Assembly (NCBI RefSeq): GCF_001447785.1
Contig: NW_015168044.1
Location: 2,426,503 to 2,490,502 of the forward strand
Direction of reading: 5' to 3'
DNA from: Gekko japonicus
Lineage: Eukaryota
Length of the DNA: 64,000 nt
Shown: positions 24,288 to 36,455 of the stretch, piece after piece
Position numbering within the stretch: the first letter of the stretch is position 1
How the letters are laid out: each line of letters begins with the position of its first letter
Notes under the pieces: generated by a model
What the model was told of the DNA's origin: nothing
Databases searched by the model: none
The model's input: only the letters and a program-made list of their open reading frames with translations
Position numbers and translations under genes: made by a program

Positions 24288-26448
24288 ACAAAAATAGACC
24301 TTTTGCTTGCAGCTGACAGCAAGCAAATTAACACAGAAAGTTACATTATTAGTGACCAAAATGTAGCTGGATTTTGTCAATCCTCGATCACTGGATTGTC
24401 ATCCGAACCAATCTAAGGCTTTTTGGTGATCTCAGATGTGGGCAGTTGTTTCATCTTGATTTTAGGGTGTGTTTATTCTGTCTAAATTTGTGTATTAGTA
24501 TTGTAAATTATTGTGTATTGTTAATTTATTGTGTAAATTTACAAAACACAAGTAATTACAGTACAATCCTAACTAGATTTGCACCCTTGATTTAACCAGT
24601 GTTGTTCCGTTTAGTCTGTTTGAGTATGAGGCTCTGTGGGTCTGCAGTTGTGTGACATAGTAGAAGTTCATGATGTGCTATACAACCAGTTGTTGGCTTT
24701 TGTTCTTGTTTGTTTTTTAATAAGGGACATTCCCTCAAAATACAGATGTATCCGATAACCTCTACTTTTAGTCCACTCGACAGCAGATATTAGTCTGTAA
24801 AGAGAGTTTTCAGAATTTCCTTGCTTTGTATTTTAATCAGGTCTGCAGCTGGACTAATAGCTTGGAGATTTGTAAACTTTACCTTAAAAATAAGTTGAAG
24901 CCATTATATCCTTATCAATCAGTTTAGTTTTCTTACTTAGACATTATGTGCTTGTTAAAAGGGGTTTTTTGTGCTTGTTTAAGGTTTTTTTTTGGGGGGG
25001 GGGGCTAATTCACAGTGGAGTAAATTACTTTTTACCAGCAGGTGGTTGCCAGCTGCACTTGACCTCCTTGTAACAATAGAGCTATTCTGCCTGAGTTTCA
25101 TCTCTAGTGAATCACTTACTTGATTTGTTGTAGGCTGGCTCATGCCAAGAGGCAAACACTTGTATGTGAACACAGGTCTTAAAATAGATTTTAGTGGGTT
25201 TCATTTTTAATCTAACATTTTAATCCTGCCTTTCCCCCTAATCTAGGCCTCTAAGATTACATCCAGAATTAAACATTGATGTGTCGCAGGCCTAAAGGCA
25301 GATGAGAATCCCTGCCAAACACTCTCAGTTGCTGTTTATTAGGATTCTTGATGATCTCAGGGACCATCCATAAAAGCATTAAAAGAACAGCAGCTTGGGG
25401 AAAGGGATTTGGAAATGCCTCTGAGTGAATAAGAAAATAGAAGGCTAGAAGGGTAACTAGGAGAGTGGGTAATATTGTGTGCATGATATCCTGTTAGGGA
25501 AGTTGAAGAAGGAAGTCACAAGACTGTAATGGAGGTATTGTGCACTGCAGGAGAATTGGAGAGTGAATAAGATTGCCAGGTCCAGCATCCTAAACTTTGA
25601 GACTGGTGATGTCTCACTGGATTGCCATACTACTGTTAGTACTTCCATACACCTCTAGGAATTGTACCATATGGTATCTGTGATTGGGTGTAGTCACAGC
25701 TGTGCGGTTTTCAAGTGACATGGACTGTTCACCCCGCTAAACAATGAAACTATAATATGGAAATAAAACTATGGGTAAAATGTGGCTTAGCTATTAGTGC
25801 TAGATATTTATCTCCAGTCTACATGTGCAGTGCTAATCACCAGTGGGCATGCATTGAAATATTAGAAGTAGTTGCTGAGTGTGTGAGCTAGCTCAGCTGA
25901 CAACTCTGAGGTTTCAACCTGCGGTGCTGAGTTCTTGACAATGATCCCCAAAGCTTGTCTTGTGGTCAAAGACTGAGAAATGCAGCCCTTAGAGTTGACA
26001 GCAGGGAAAAGGTGTGAAGCATTATATAATATCCCGGGACTGGTACAAGTTGTGTCACAGAGTATCTGTTGGCCTGGTAATGAGAGGACTGTACTAAATG
26101 CTGGGGCAAGAACACCATTCTGTAGAAGGAATGTTTTCTGTGTATGCCGTATCTGCATGTGCATGTTCTGGTGGTCCAAAACCTGGGCCCCTAGGAGTTA
26201 GGCCCCACTTGTGAGAAGACCTGGACATGGGCCTCCACAGCCCAAAATCTAGTCTTGTTTTTGCCTGTAGAACATCAGGTTGGATTTGAAGAGAACCAAG
26301 TTGAAATAGGGGCTGTAATTCTTAATGGGTACGACATGTTCTTTCTTATCATAGAACCAAAGTGAAATTCTGTTTGCTAATTATGTTGGCTGGTATGTTG
26401 TTAGACATTTTTATAGCACATTTCAAATGCTCGCAGCATTATATCCAC

Positions 26449-26826
26449 CAAGGGTACCCAGGCTTTTTTAGACTTTGGGCAGCTTTGGAATTCCAACATA
26501 AGTAGTATCGGTGCAGCCTCAAAATGGCTGCCATGGGAGGTGGAGGCATGCACACAGAGGAGGCTCAAGTGCAGGGTAGAAAAGAGGTGATTTAAAAAAT
26601 ACATTGGGAAAGGAGAGTGAGAAAGAATAAAATCAACACTTTGGTGGCAGCTGCTGCTGAAACAATGTTATATTCATCTGCACAGTCATTCAGATTTCCA
26701 GTGGCAGTCAGAAGCCCTGATGGACAAGATCCCACGTGGCCCCATCCACTTTCTAAAAACACTTGGTGGGCACCAGGAAAAGGTGTTGGTGCCATGGCAC
26801 CCATGGGTGCAGTGTTGGGGACCCCG
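26449..26826. mobile_element. hAT-like MITE family B copy
   Basis: Shares the 3' block ggcaccaggaaaag...ccatggcacccatggg...gttggggacccc with 27241-27698 and 34152-34507. Confidence 0.75.
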
Positions 26827-27240
26827 ATAATATACTGTCTCATTAACAGTAGCTCTATTGCAATATTACCATTGCAGGCCATTAGAACATTCCAGATAAG
26901 TGACAGAGTTGGAAGTAATGTACGTGCATTCTATTTTAAAGTCGTGTGATGTCCATATTTTCTTGTGTCTTACAATGAAGTCATGATTCTTTCTAGAAAT
27001 GCAAGAAGGTACAGAGACTGCAAAAGGACTTTATCTTGACCCTGTTGTTTACATTTGCATCACATGCACAGGATCACATATTTGTGTTCTGCATTAAATT
27101 AATCTGGAAGAAATTCTAATCATGGGTTCTTTCGTTCACTGAAGTAAATTAGAACCTTTGCTGGCTCATAGAAAGTGTGGAGAAAAATGCCCTTTGTACT
27201 TTTTATTGTGAATATCATGAATTCTGCCAAACGGTTAGGG

Positions 27241-27698
27241 CAAGGGCCCTCAGCCTTTCTGAGCCTGCAGACACCTTTGAAATTGTGACACAGGGTGGTG
27301 AGTGCATTCACAAAGTAGCTGTGACAACAAGTGGCAGAGCCAGCCCCAAAATGTTAGGAAATGAAGTTATGTGTAACTCTAATATGTCTCCAACATTTCA
27401 GACAGCTCTGCAGAACAGGATGCCTTTTAAAATGAACATCTTGTTTAAAGTGTTTTCTTGCTTGCTCACAGCGTACCTTCAGTCACATAGTGAAGATCTT
27501 TATGATATAGGGGCACCTACATAAACAATTTATTTAAAAAATCTACGCAGCCAATCAGATCTCCTGTGGGCACACCAATGGGGGGAGGAGCCCTGCTGGG
27601 CAAAAGCCTCACTTGGCCCCACCCACTTTCTAAAAACGTTTGGCAGGCACCAGGAAAAGTGTTAGTGGTTGCCATGGGCACCATGTTGAAGACCACTG
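27241..27698. mobile_element. hAT-like MITE family B copy
   Basis: Homologous ends to 34152-34507; TA-centred flanks. Confidence 0.75.
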
Positions 27699-28420
27699 AG
27701 CTAGAGAACAGTATGAAGAACTGATCTGTGTGCAGTTTGAACACATTCACATGATGGTAGAAGGAGGTACAAACTGAAGGTTCGCTACAGGTTCCTAACA
27801 GCATGTCCCTTTTTTGCCCAGGGTCTGCAGTTTTTCTTTTACATAGAATTAGAATGCCTGCTGTTATGATGGGTGAGGTCTGTGTGGAAGAAGAGCTTGT
27901 ATATTCTCATGGATCCTTGGGAGTAGCAGTTGTATGGTACCCTCTTGCAGGACACCTGGGCAGTGTGGACCAGACTACCTTGTATCAGGCATAGATGGTA
28001 CAGTTTCTCAAGTGCAGCATTTTACTTTTCTCCACAGAAGTGAATGGTAGCCTGATACAAGGTAGCCATTCACTTATACGGGAAAAGATAAAGGGGTACA
28101 TTCAGGTACACCTTTGGGGGATGAGGACTGTGGTTAAACCTGCTTCCTGTCCCTGAGGGCCCCAGCAGTTGAGAATGAGCCTGTCTTCATAGCCCAGCCT
28201 CTTCATCAGAATAGCTGCATCTTGGGTTGTGTTTCTTGGTCACATCAGCATGTGCTAGACAAAACTTTGGAACCTTGCTTCAGGATATGTGCATAAGATA
28301 GAAATAGCACGGATTGTGCCATGTCAGTCTGAGGAGCCTTCTACTTGGCATTCTCTGGCTTCCTCATCTTTAAAACGCCTACTGGTTTCTTGGTTCTCTC
28401 ACTATTTTATTTTCTTTAAG

Positions 28421-28547
28421 ATCTGTGAGAGCTCTGGTGAGTCTCTGGTATCCTGTGAAGGAGAGTGCTACAGAGTCTTCCATACGGAATGCCTAGGATT
28501 GAGTTCACAGCCTGATGGAAAGTTTGTCTGCCAGGAGTGCAAAAATG
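28421..28547 (+). CDS. NSD3: NSD3 exon 12, PHD1 (ICESSGESLVSCEGECYRVFHTECLG...CQECKN)
   Basis: Cys/His PHD spacing; ttaag acceptor, gtaagt donor. Confidence 0.97.
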
Positions 28548-28999
28548 GTAAGTCAGTTGATGGCTTTTGTCTCAGAGATCCTTCTGGATGGAAGTGCTGG
28601 AGACTGCTGCTTGCGGCTTGTTCAACTTGACTTTATTAATTACTGCTCTGAGGCATTTATATATAGGCTGTCTTCTGTCTTTTCCTCTCAAAATGGACTA
28701 ATTTCCCTATCAAAATGCACTACACTGTCCTGGTTTCCTTGTGTGAACACTGATCTGTGTCATGATAGCTAAAGGTTAGTCTCCCTTAGCCTCTCTTTTT
28801 CCCGTTCTAAGTAGCATCAGTGAATCCCATTCCCTTCTCACTAAGTAAGTGGCATTGGTAGGCTGTCCTCCCCCTCAGTGCTGAAGACAGAAAGCTGACA
28901 GGAATAATGGGTTCTTTTCCTGCAGGCCATTACTCAGGAAGTGTACCATGACCTAGGATAACTCCTATCTGATCCTCCTTTTATTCTCTTCTCAAAAAG

Positions 29000-29197
29000 G
29001 GCAGCATACGTGCTTTTCCTGCAAGGTTGCTGGCAAAGATGTCAAGCGCTGCTCTGTCAATGCATGTGGTAAATTTTATCACGAGGCCTGCGTCCGCAAG
29101 TTTGCCACAGCTGTCTTTGAGTCTCGGGGATTCCGTTGCCCGCAGCACTGCTGTACTGCCTGCTCCATGGACAAGGATATTCATAAAGCAAGCAAAG
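29000..29197 (+). CDS. NSD3: NSD3 exon 13, PHD2 and start of PHD3 (QHTCFSCKVAGKDVKRCSVNACGKFYHEAC...DIHKASK)
   Basis: 198 bp, phase 1-1, gtaaga donor. Confidence 0.97.
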
Positions 29198-31129
29198 GTA
29201 AGAACAGAACTCTCTTTCTGGAGAAGTTGCTGTGGAGTATCTTGGGCTTTATAGCAAGTACTCTGAGATATTTAAGACTGCCAAGGCTACCATGCATTCT
29301 GTTGAGCTTGATCCTACAGTTACTCTTAGGAGTAGGGATGTGTGGTGGAGATCCCAGCAGCAGCCTGTCTGAACAAGGTGCCTATAGTGCCTTCTGTTCA
29401 GAGCTGCAATTAAAAGGAGGGGGCACCACGGCACTCTCATAGTACTGATGCAGATACAGGGCTGCCCCGTGGAATATGCTGCTTTGTGTTCTCATTGTGC
29501 AGAGTCAGGATAATGGTGGTAGTTGCCAGTTCTTTCAGCAGCTTCACGATATCAGACCTTACTGCCCAGATAATGAGAGTGAATTTGCATATACTTTTAC
29601 CTAGCAAAGCTCCTTTGGGTATGATTCTGTAACAAGTACCGTGGGATACAACCAGTCCTCTGTGTGATAAAGGTGTACATGAATCCACGCTTGGACTGGA
29701 TTGCAACAGTTGGAGCCAGGAACAAAATTGTAATGTCAGTGATGCATTTACCTGTTCTTGTACCAGAGATACAGTTTTGCTGAGCTAGTCCCAAGTTTTA
29801 GGATCCTTCTGAGATTCACAGTCAAACACGTAAATTGATTCCAAGCAGGGAAATATTATTAGCATGTCAGCCTACTTTTGGCTGTTTTCCACTACTATAT
29901 ATAGTTAGTTAATCTGGTTTTAGAGACCCCTTAAAACTGGTATGGTTCTTTTGACCCAGAGAATATAGATCCCTGGATACTGGTGATGTATGGAATGGAA
30001 GGAAGATGTGTGCCAATAAGCAATACCATATATTTTTTGTATATATGTAAAATAGCTGGTATGTTCTTTCACTTTAAATAGTCTAGGTAGCTGGAGGTCT
30101 TCAGCATCTACTTGAGAAATACTGTGTTCTCACAGAAGTCTTTATTCCTTCTGGCTAGAATATGTCTCAGACTAGTTGTAAGCTATGGAAGACACAAATA
30201 TGTGGTTACAGATTTCCCAAAAGTGGGTAAAACTCTCAAGGAACAGGATACTCCATTTCTGACTTTGTGAGACTCTCAAAGCGGAAGAGGGAAAAACAGC
30301 AAAGAAAAGGTTGGCAGTTTGTGGATAGCACTTGTTTTTACAGTGTAAAAGACATGCAGATTAAAGAAGGGAAGCAAGATTTCACTGATGCTTAGCATAT
30401 TTTTGATATGTATTTGAGGGTCTGAAAAACCTAAGAGGGTTAGCTCCAGTAATATCTGAACACACTTAGTGCAGTTCCGCTTGTGGTAGTGCTAGATATA
30501 CTACAGTATTTGTTGATCCTGATCATTTTTTGCATAGCCAGAAATGCAGATTGAGATACAATAAGCAGACTAGCACAAGCTGCCAGCATGGGGGGGGGGG
30601 GGGGGGGGTTGGTAAGCTTCTGCTTGTGCAAGGGCTCTAGTGCACATGCAAATCTTCTGCTAGTTCCAACCCAAGAGATAGTTCCACCAATTATAAGTGA
30701 AGAAAAAGGGATACAGAAACCCAGCAGCTGCTCTTCCTTGACCCATCCAATATGCAAGTGCAAACCAGGACACAGTCGAACTTTAGGAAACCTGCCACAT
30801 ACCTTTTAATAATTGCCATTTTAAAGTAGCCATTCTTCAGAAGTGGGTTGGTGTTTGCTGTGACTTTAGTAAGTATAACTCATGGAGTTTAATGCAAAAT
30901 AAGCTGATGGCCAAGGCTATGTGTACTCTGTGTTTAAAAGGAACATTTTAAGGTCTGCACACAAGCTATCCATATTCTGAAAGCTGTATACATTATGCCA
31001 CTTAAACAGTTTTTATGTTTTTTCTTTTCTTTTCTTTTGGAAACTTAGGTTTCTTTTGGAAACTTAGGTTGCTTTGGTTGTGCTAGTCATTGCAGTGTGG
31101 AAGGAGCTATACAAGCCACTGAAGCCATA

Positions 31130-31470
31130 TATTTTATTTATTTATTTATTTATTTTATTTGTACCCCACCCTCCCCACCGAAGCAGGGTCAGGGCGGCTT
31201 ACATAAAATTACAACAGATAAAAACAGCAGTATAAATATCAACAGAAAACACAACATAATTACTAAAAGCCATTTGGTATGGCAGTGGTGGTGCAACAGT
31301 AGCAGTAAACATAATAAATTATCGTCAGCAGATTATTTTTCTATCGGCAAGCAGAGGCTGGATGATGGTGTTGGGCACAGGGTCTTAGATTGTTAGGTGT
31401 GGCTCCTTACCTGAATGCCTGGTGGAAGAGCTCCATTTCACAGGCCCTGCAGAACCGTAAAAGTTACTGG
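31130..31470 (-). mobile_element. L2 3' end fragment
   Basis: (ATTT)n tail + cagggcggcttaca + ggtggaagagctcc...caggccctgc, matching the L2 at 1511-1880. Confidence 0.8.
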
Positions 31471-31863
31471 AATTCTTGTTTGGCCATCTTTCTGTCTTCT
31501 GAGAATTCAGCTGGCATTGCCTACATTTTCAAGGATAAAGCATATCTTCACAGTTATTAGGGCTATAATAAGCTTTTTTAAAAAATAGAAATTGATGTTC
31601 TTGAGAAAATGAATTATAAATCTTTTTGCACTACTGTGCAATAGCAGCCTACACACGACCCTGCCTGTTTCCAGCATCAGCACTGCCCAGTGCAAAACAT
31701 TGTCACACATAGGGGTGCAAAAATGTAATTGATTTTCGAAATCCATGACATCTCTTTTAATGGATGTATCCTGGCTAAAATAAAATAACACTCTGTGGAG
31801 GCTTTGAAGTCTGGAACTGTATTCTAAATGGACTGTCATATGGTGCGTTTTATATTAAAACAG

Positions 31864-32037
31864 GTCGCATGGTGAGATGTTTGAGATGCCCCATTGCCTA
31901 TCACTCTGGAGATGGCTGTATTGCTGCAGGAAGTTTGTTTGTGTCATCCCACATTCTCATCTGTAGTAACCATTCCAAAAGGAGCAATCACTCTTCATCA
32001 GCTGTAAATGTAGGCTTTTGTTTCGTTTGTGCAAGAG
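31864..32037 (+). CDS. NSD3: NSD3 exon 14, PHD3 and start of PHD4 (RMVRCLRCPIAYHSGD...VGFCFVCAR)
   Basis: Overlaps ORF 31869..32231; cag acceptor, gtgagc donor. Confidence 0.97.
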
Positions 32038-33773
32038 GTGAGCTCTGTTTTTTGTCTTCCTCCATTTATATTTCTGGTGTTCAGTCCCTGACTTTGTTAA
32101 AAGCTGACCTGTTAATTCCCCCCACCCTTGGGATTTGTTTTTGTTTTTGGCTGTTGGGGTGGTGGGAGCACCTACAAGTGCTGGTTGCTGGATTGCCCAA
32201 TAGCATTTTAGTCGTCAATATCCATTATTAATACACATTAGGAAATATACCAAAGGAGGAATCTTCTGCTGCCACTTATGTCTGGGGAGGGGGAATTCTG
32301 ATTGTCTGATGCCGGCTACTGGAATCCCCAGTCATTCTCAGCAAAGCTGGTGGGTCCTCTCTCAGATTAGTTTGTTTATCAATTAGAAAGTATCCCTTTT
32401 TACATAGCTTTAACTGATAAGTTATATAAAATAATTCTGGCACAGTTTAGAGAAATTACCACTCTGTCCTATTAGGCATAGGTGAGAAGAGACTCTTGTT
32501 TTCTTTAATGGATGAACTTTTCCAGCAATTCTGAATGCTCAGCAGGCTTGTCAGACCCATGTTCCAAGTCTGGTTAGGTCTTGTTAGTTAGGTGGTCTTA
32601 GTCCAATCTTTTGGCTGTATTCAGTGTGTGGGCAGCATAGATGTAGGAAAAGGTTGTGTGTCGTACACGCAAGTATTCTGATATTTGGTGGCAAAGATAA
32701 TGTCAGCATTTATGGAATTCAGTGCAAAGGAACTGGTAAAAAAACTGAGTTTTGGATGCCTTCTGTTTGTGTTCAGTGGGTGATTTGGAGTGGCATCTAC
32801 CAGGTATTGATGCTCAGCAACCTCCATTTATTGTAGTTTTGGTTGCCCTGTTGAAATGAGGAGAGTATGTACAGCAACAGTGCCTGCTGCATTAAAGCCA
32901 CATAAATGGAGAATTTATTATAACTTCATATTACTTAGTGAAGTCTTTCTGAAACAGTAAAAGCTGACAAGTTAAAAAAAAAACCCCAAAAGCCACTTTG
33001 TTTTATTCTTATGTATCATGTGTACAAAAGATAGATGGTTAAATACAAGATCCCCACCCCTAGGGAGAGAACAGAGGTAGTGGAAATAATTTTTTTTTAC
33101 TGTTGGGACAAATTCTGTACAGGAGAGGAAATGCAGCTGACACGGAGCATTGAGGTAAACAATAGATACAGTTCTTGAATGTCTAAATAAATTTAATTTT
33201 TTCCAGAGGAATGGCGTCCAAAGGCTCAGAGGGAAACTGTAAGTTTTAGAGTGTAGAATTTGAGAAGGGTTCTTGGAATAGTGTGAAAGCAAGCATCAGT
33301 TCAGTGGTGTGTGGGGGGGTTCGTTTTTGAGTGAAGGAGTTGTTTAAATCCCTTAAAGCAGATTTAAACCTAGATTAACATAAACTGAGTCACATTTCTT
33401 GGCAAGTGCCCATATGTGCAGATAGATTTATAGATGTTGTGTGTTCCACTTTCCTTTACCTATTAGAGCTTAGGTTCTCTCTAGCCACTTTGTACTCTCA
33501 CTTTAATTTTGACATCATTTTCATTTTTACAAGTGAAAAGTTCTTTAAAAATAATGGGGGGGTGGATACATGCAGCAGCTAGGTCTCTGAATTAAAAATA
33601 GCTAGAAATGTCAAGTACATGTGAACATGACTACTTTAGTGATCTCAGTGATATTAGCTTTAAAATGAATCTTTATTACTCATATTGGAGTTCCTTTCAA
33701 CATTTGGAGGTGTTAGATATAGCTGTACACAAGTTGGGGGCATGGGTAGCCACGGCAGAACTTCCTAAGGAAA

Positions 33774-33841
33774 AATGAATTTAGGACTGGAGTACAGAAT
33801 CATATTCTAACATGATTCTGTACTCCAGTCCTAAATTCATT
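33774..33841. repeat. Perfect 30-bp inverted repeat with 8-nt loop
   Basis: 33774-33803 is the exact reverse complement of 33812-33841. Confidence 0.97.
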
Positions 33842-34151
33842 ACATGGGAATAAATACCATTGATATCAGCTTAGCTCTTGTGGTCCTTAGTTTTTCTTTA
33901 GGTGGGCTCGCAAACAGCTACAAAGCTAAAATGCTTTGGAACGTAGAACAGGCTTCATCATGGGCTCTTTGGTGAATGCAGTGTCCTTCACCAGGGAGAG
34001 TGAGCAGCTGGTTAATGCCTAAAGCCAGTCACTCAGTGTGGATAGAATTCTGTGGACAGTCAGAAAAGGTCTTTGCATCAAATAGTAGTTGAAGGCCATA
34101 GCTTACTTTTCAGCCTCCTAGTGGGCAGGTATTGGAAGTTCTGTGTTAGAG

Positions 34152-34507
34152 CAGGGATCCCCCAGCCTTTTTGAGCCTGCGGGCACCTTTGGAATTCTGA
34201 TACATTGTGGTGGGCACAGCTGTAAAATGGCTGCCACAGGAGGCAGAGCCAGCCACAAAATGGCTGTTACAAAATGCCTGCCACAGAGCTCCATAGAGTG
34301 AAGTTCTTTGTGTTCTGGTGGTAGCTGTTGCCAAAGCAATGTTTTTAAAAATCTGCACAGACAATCAAATCTCCAGTGGCTGATCAGAAGCCTTGCTGGG
34401 AAGAATCCCCACCTGGCACTGCCCAGTTTGTAGAAAACATTTGGAGGGCACCAGGAAAATGTCAGTGGTCACCATGGTACCCATGGGCACTGTGTTGGGG
34501 ACCCCTA
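34152..34507. mobile_element. hAT-like MITE family B copy
   Basis: cagggatcccccagc...gttggggacccct; TSD tgttagag / tgttaggt. Confidence 0.8.
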
Positions 34508-35189
34508 TGTTAGGTGCTCATAGTATTGCCAAATAGCAAAATTTGTGAATGGACCTGAAGATAAAGAGAATTTGCATATCAAAATTACTTCTCCCTGCTG
34601 AGTACTGGCATAGAGACTGTTCACACAGTCAGGCCAATACACAAAAAGGAAACATATTCCAAATGTTATTATGCATGTAAAGATAACTGCCATGCAGAAG
34701 CGTTTTAGACAGTTTCCCACTTGGATGTTGTAATTGGTGAATTGGCTGTGAGTAGTTGCATTTGGACACCAGATTTGGGAATAAAAATGTGTATGTTGCA
34801 ATACCTGTGGAGGACAGGAATAGCTTGTTGTGAGGCTCTTTTTCACTTAGAGTCCCTACCACCCTCCACAACCTCTGTCCCACAGGTTCAGAATTCCAGG
34901 TAGGTCAGGCAGTCACAGACAGTTCACCACTAGCCTTGTGTCTTTTAAAATATACAGAGAGCCATGACCATTTCACATCCCAGGTCCTCTCTCTCACTTG
35001 AAAAGACATCGCAAGACAGGGTAGCCCAGTCCCTTTTAATAATCAGTCCTCACTCAGACACTGCACAGAGCTATTGGGGTTGGGGACTCATGCCCTGCTT
35101 CGTGGGTTTTCAGCTTACAGATACACACCTAAACAGTATACTCAAGATTGCAACAGCACAGATTTTTTGATGCAATAATTCAGAGCAAG

Positions 35190-35405
35190 AGGTGTCAGTT
35201 ATCAGACACTGTTAAATAAAATATTGCAAGAGTGCTAATGTTTTAAGCATGTTTTTATTTTAAGTAAAAAAAACCCTTCGTGTTTTTGTCCTTAGTTTAT
35301 ATCTCCACTACCTGGTGTTACATTTTATGACACACATGGTTCGGCCCAACAAGGTCTCATTTATGTCAGATCCGGCCCGCATAACAAATGAGTTCGACAC
35401 CCCTG
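35190..35405 (-). mobile_element. hAT MITE family C fragment (inverted relative to 38875-38970)
   Basis: 35315-35405 is the approximate reverse complement of 38875-38966; ends gagttcgacacccctg; left boundary approximate. Confidence 0.75.
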
Positions 35406-35635
35406 GGTTACAGTTTTTTTTCAGTTTAACTTTTGAACTGTTTCCCAATCAGACATCTGAGATTCTTCCTTACAAATTGTTCTTTTTCCAGTCAGCATTA
35501 AGCTACCCCAGTCTCCCTCTCAACTGAACTAACTGCTGTTTCCAACTGTCCCTATCACCAATATTCCATCAGCTCCCATTGGCCACTCTTAGGGAGAGGT
35601 GGAATGTAACATAACCTGTCCATCACACTTGTGAA

Positions 35636-35717
35636 TCTATATATCTAATAGCGAAGGCGCCCCCTGCGTGCGGATATCTAAATCCGCACATCAGGGGCAC
35701 CTGGGAGGCAGGGAGAT
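35636..35717 (+). mobile_element. Helitron 5' end remnant
   Basis: A|TCTATATATCTAAT start and hairpin homologous to 62401-62480. Confidence 0.7.
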
Positions 35718-36455
35718 TTTCCTTTTTTGTTATTACCTATTGCTGGAGAACTTCCATATTGAAGAGAGATCATTTCAGAAAAGCTTTATTGAATTGAAGG
35801 TTAGAGAGCTACAGCCAAGGTTTACAGGAGCTGTACTTGCTGTAAAAATATTTGTTGATACAAACCAACAGAACTGTATTTTATTAGACTTGTGTGTCAT
35901 GGCAACAGTTCTTGAACCCTGCCCAAATAACATGTTTTGATTTTTAACTCTATACAGTGGCCCTATAGGTAGTTAATTGCCTAGCTCAAATAACAATTAT
36001 TTCCAGATAAGTCGTTTGTCAGGCACATCATTTAAGTATATTGATATGTTCATAGAGGGAAAGTGAGCATTCTTGTACATTTTAGGGGTGACATAGATAT
36101 GTTGTAAAATATTCTTTTCTGATTGGCTGTGTTGAGCAGTATCCTTCAAAAGTCTTCATAACATCTGTTATGTGGCCTTTCCCATGTTCAAACCAGTTTG
36201 TATATCTTGCTGTAATCCTTACAAGAGCCTTATAAATTAGGCCACTATAGATGGGGGGCTGAGCCTGAGAGAGAGACTTGCCTAAGGCCACTAGGGGTGT
36301 ACAAAAATAACATGGTATTTTTAAAGTTTGAATATTTTGAACCCGAAAAACATCAGTTTTTCCCGATATTCCTGAATCCCAATACTGGTAATGGTATTCT
36401 GATTCGGTAAATCCTCGGGATTGCCAAATTTTTTCAGTTCCATTATACACTATGG

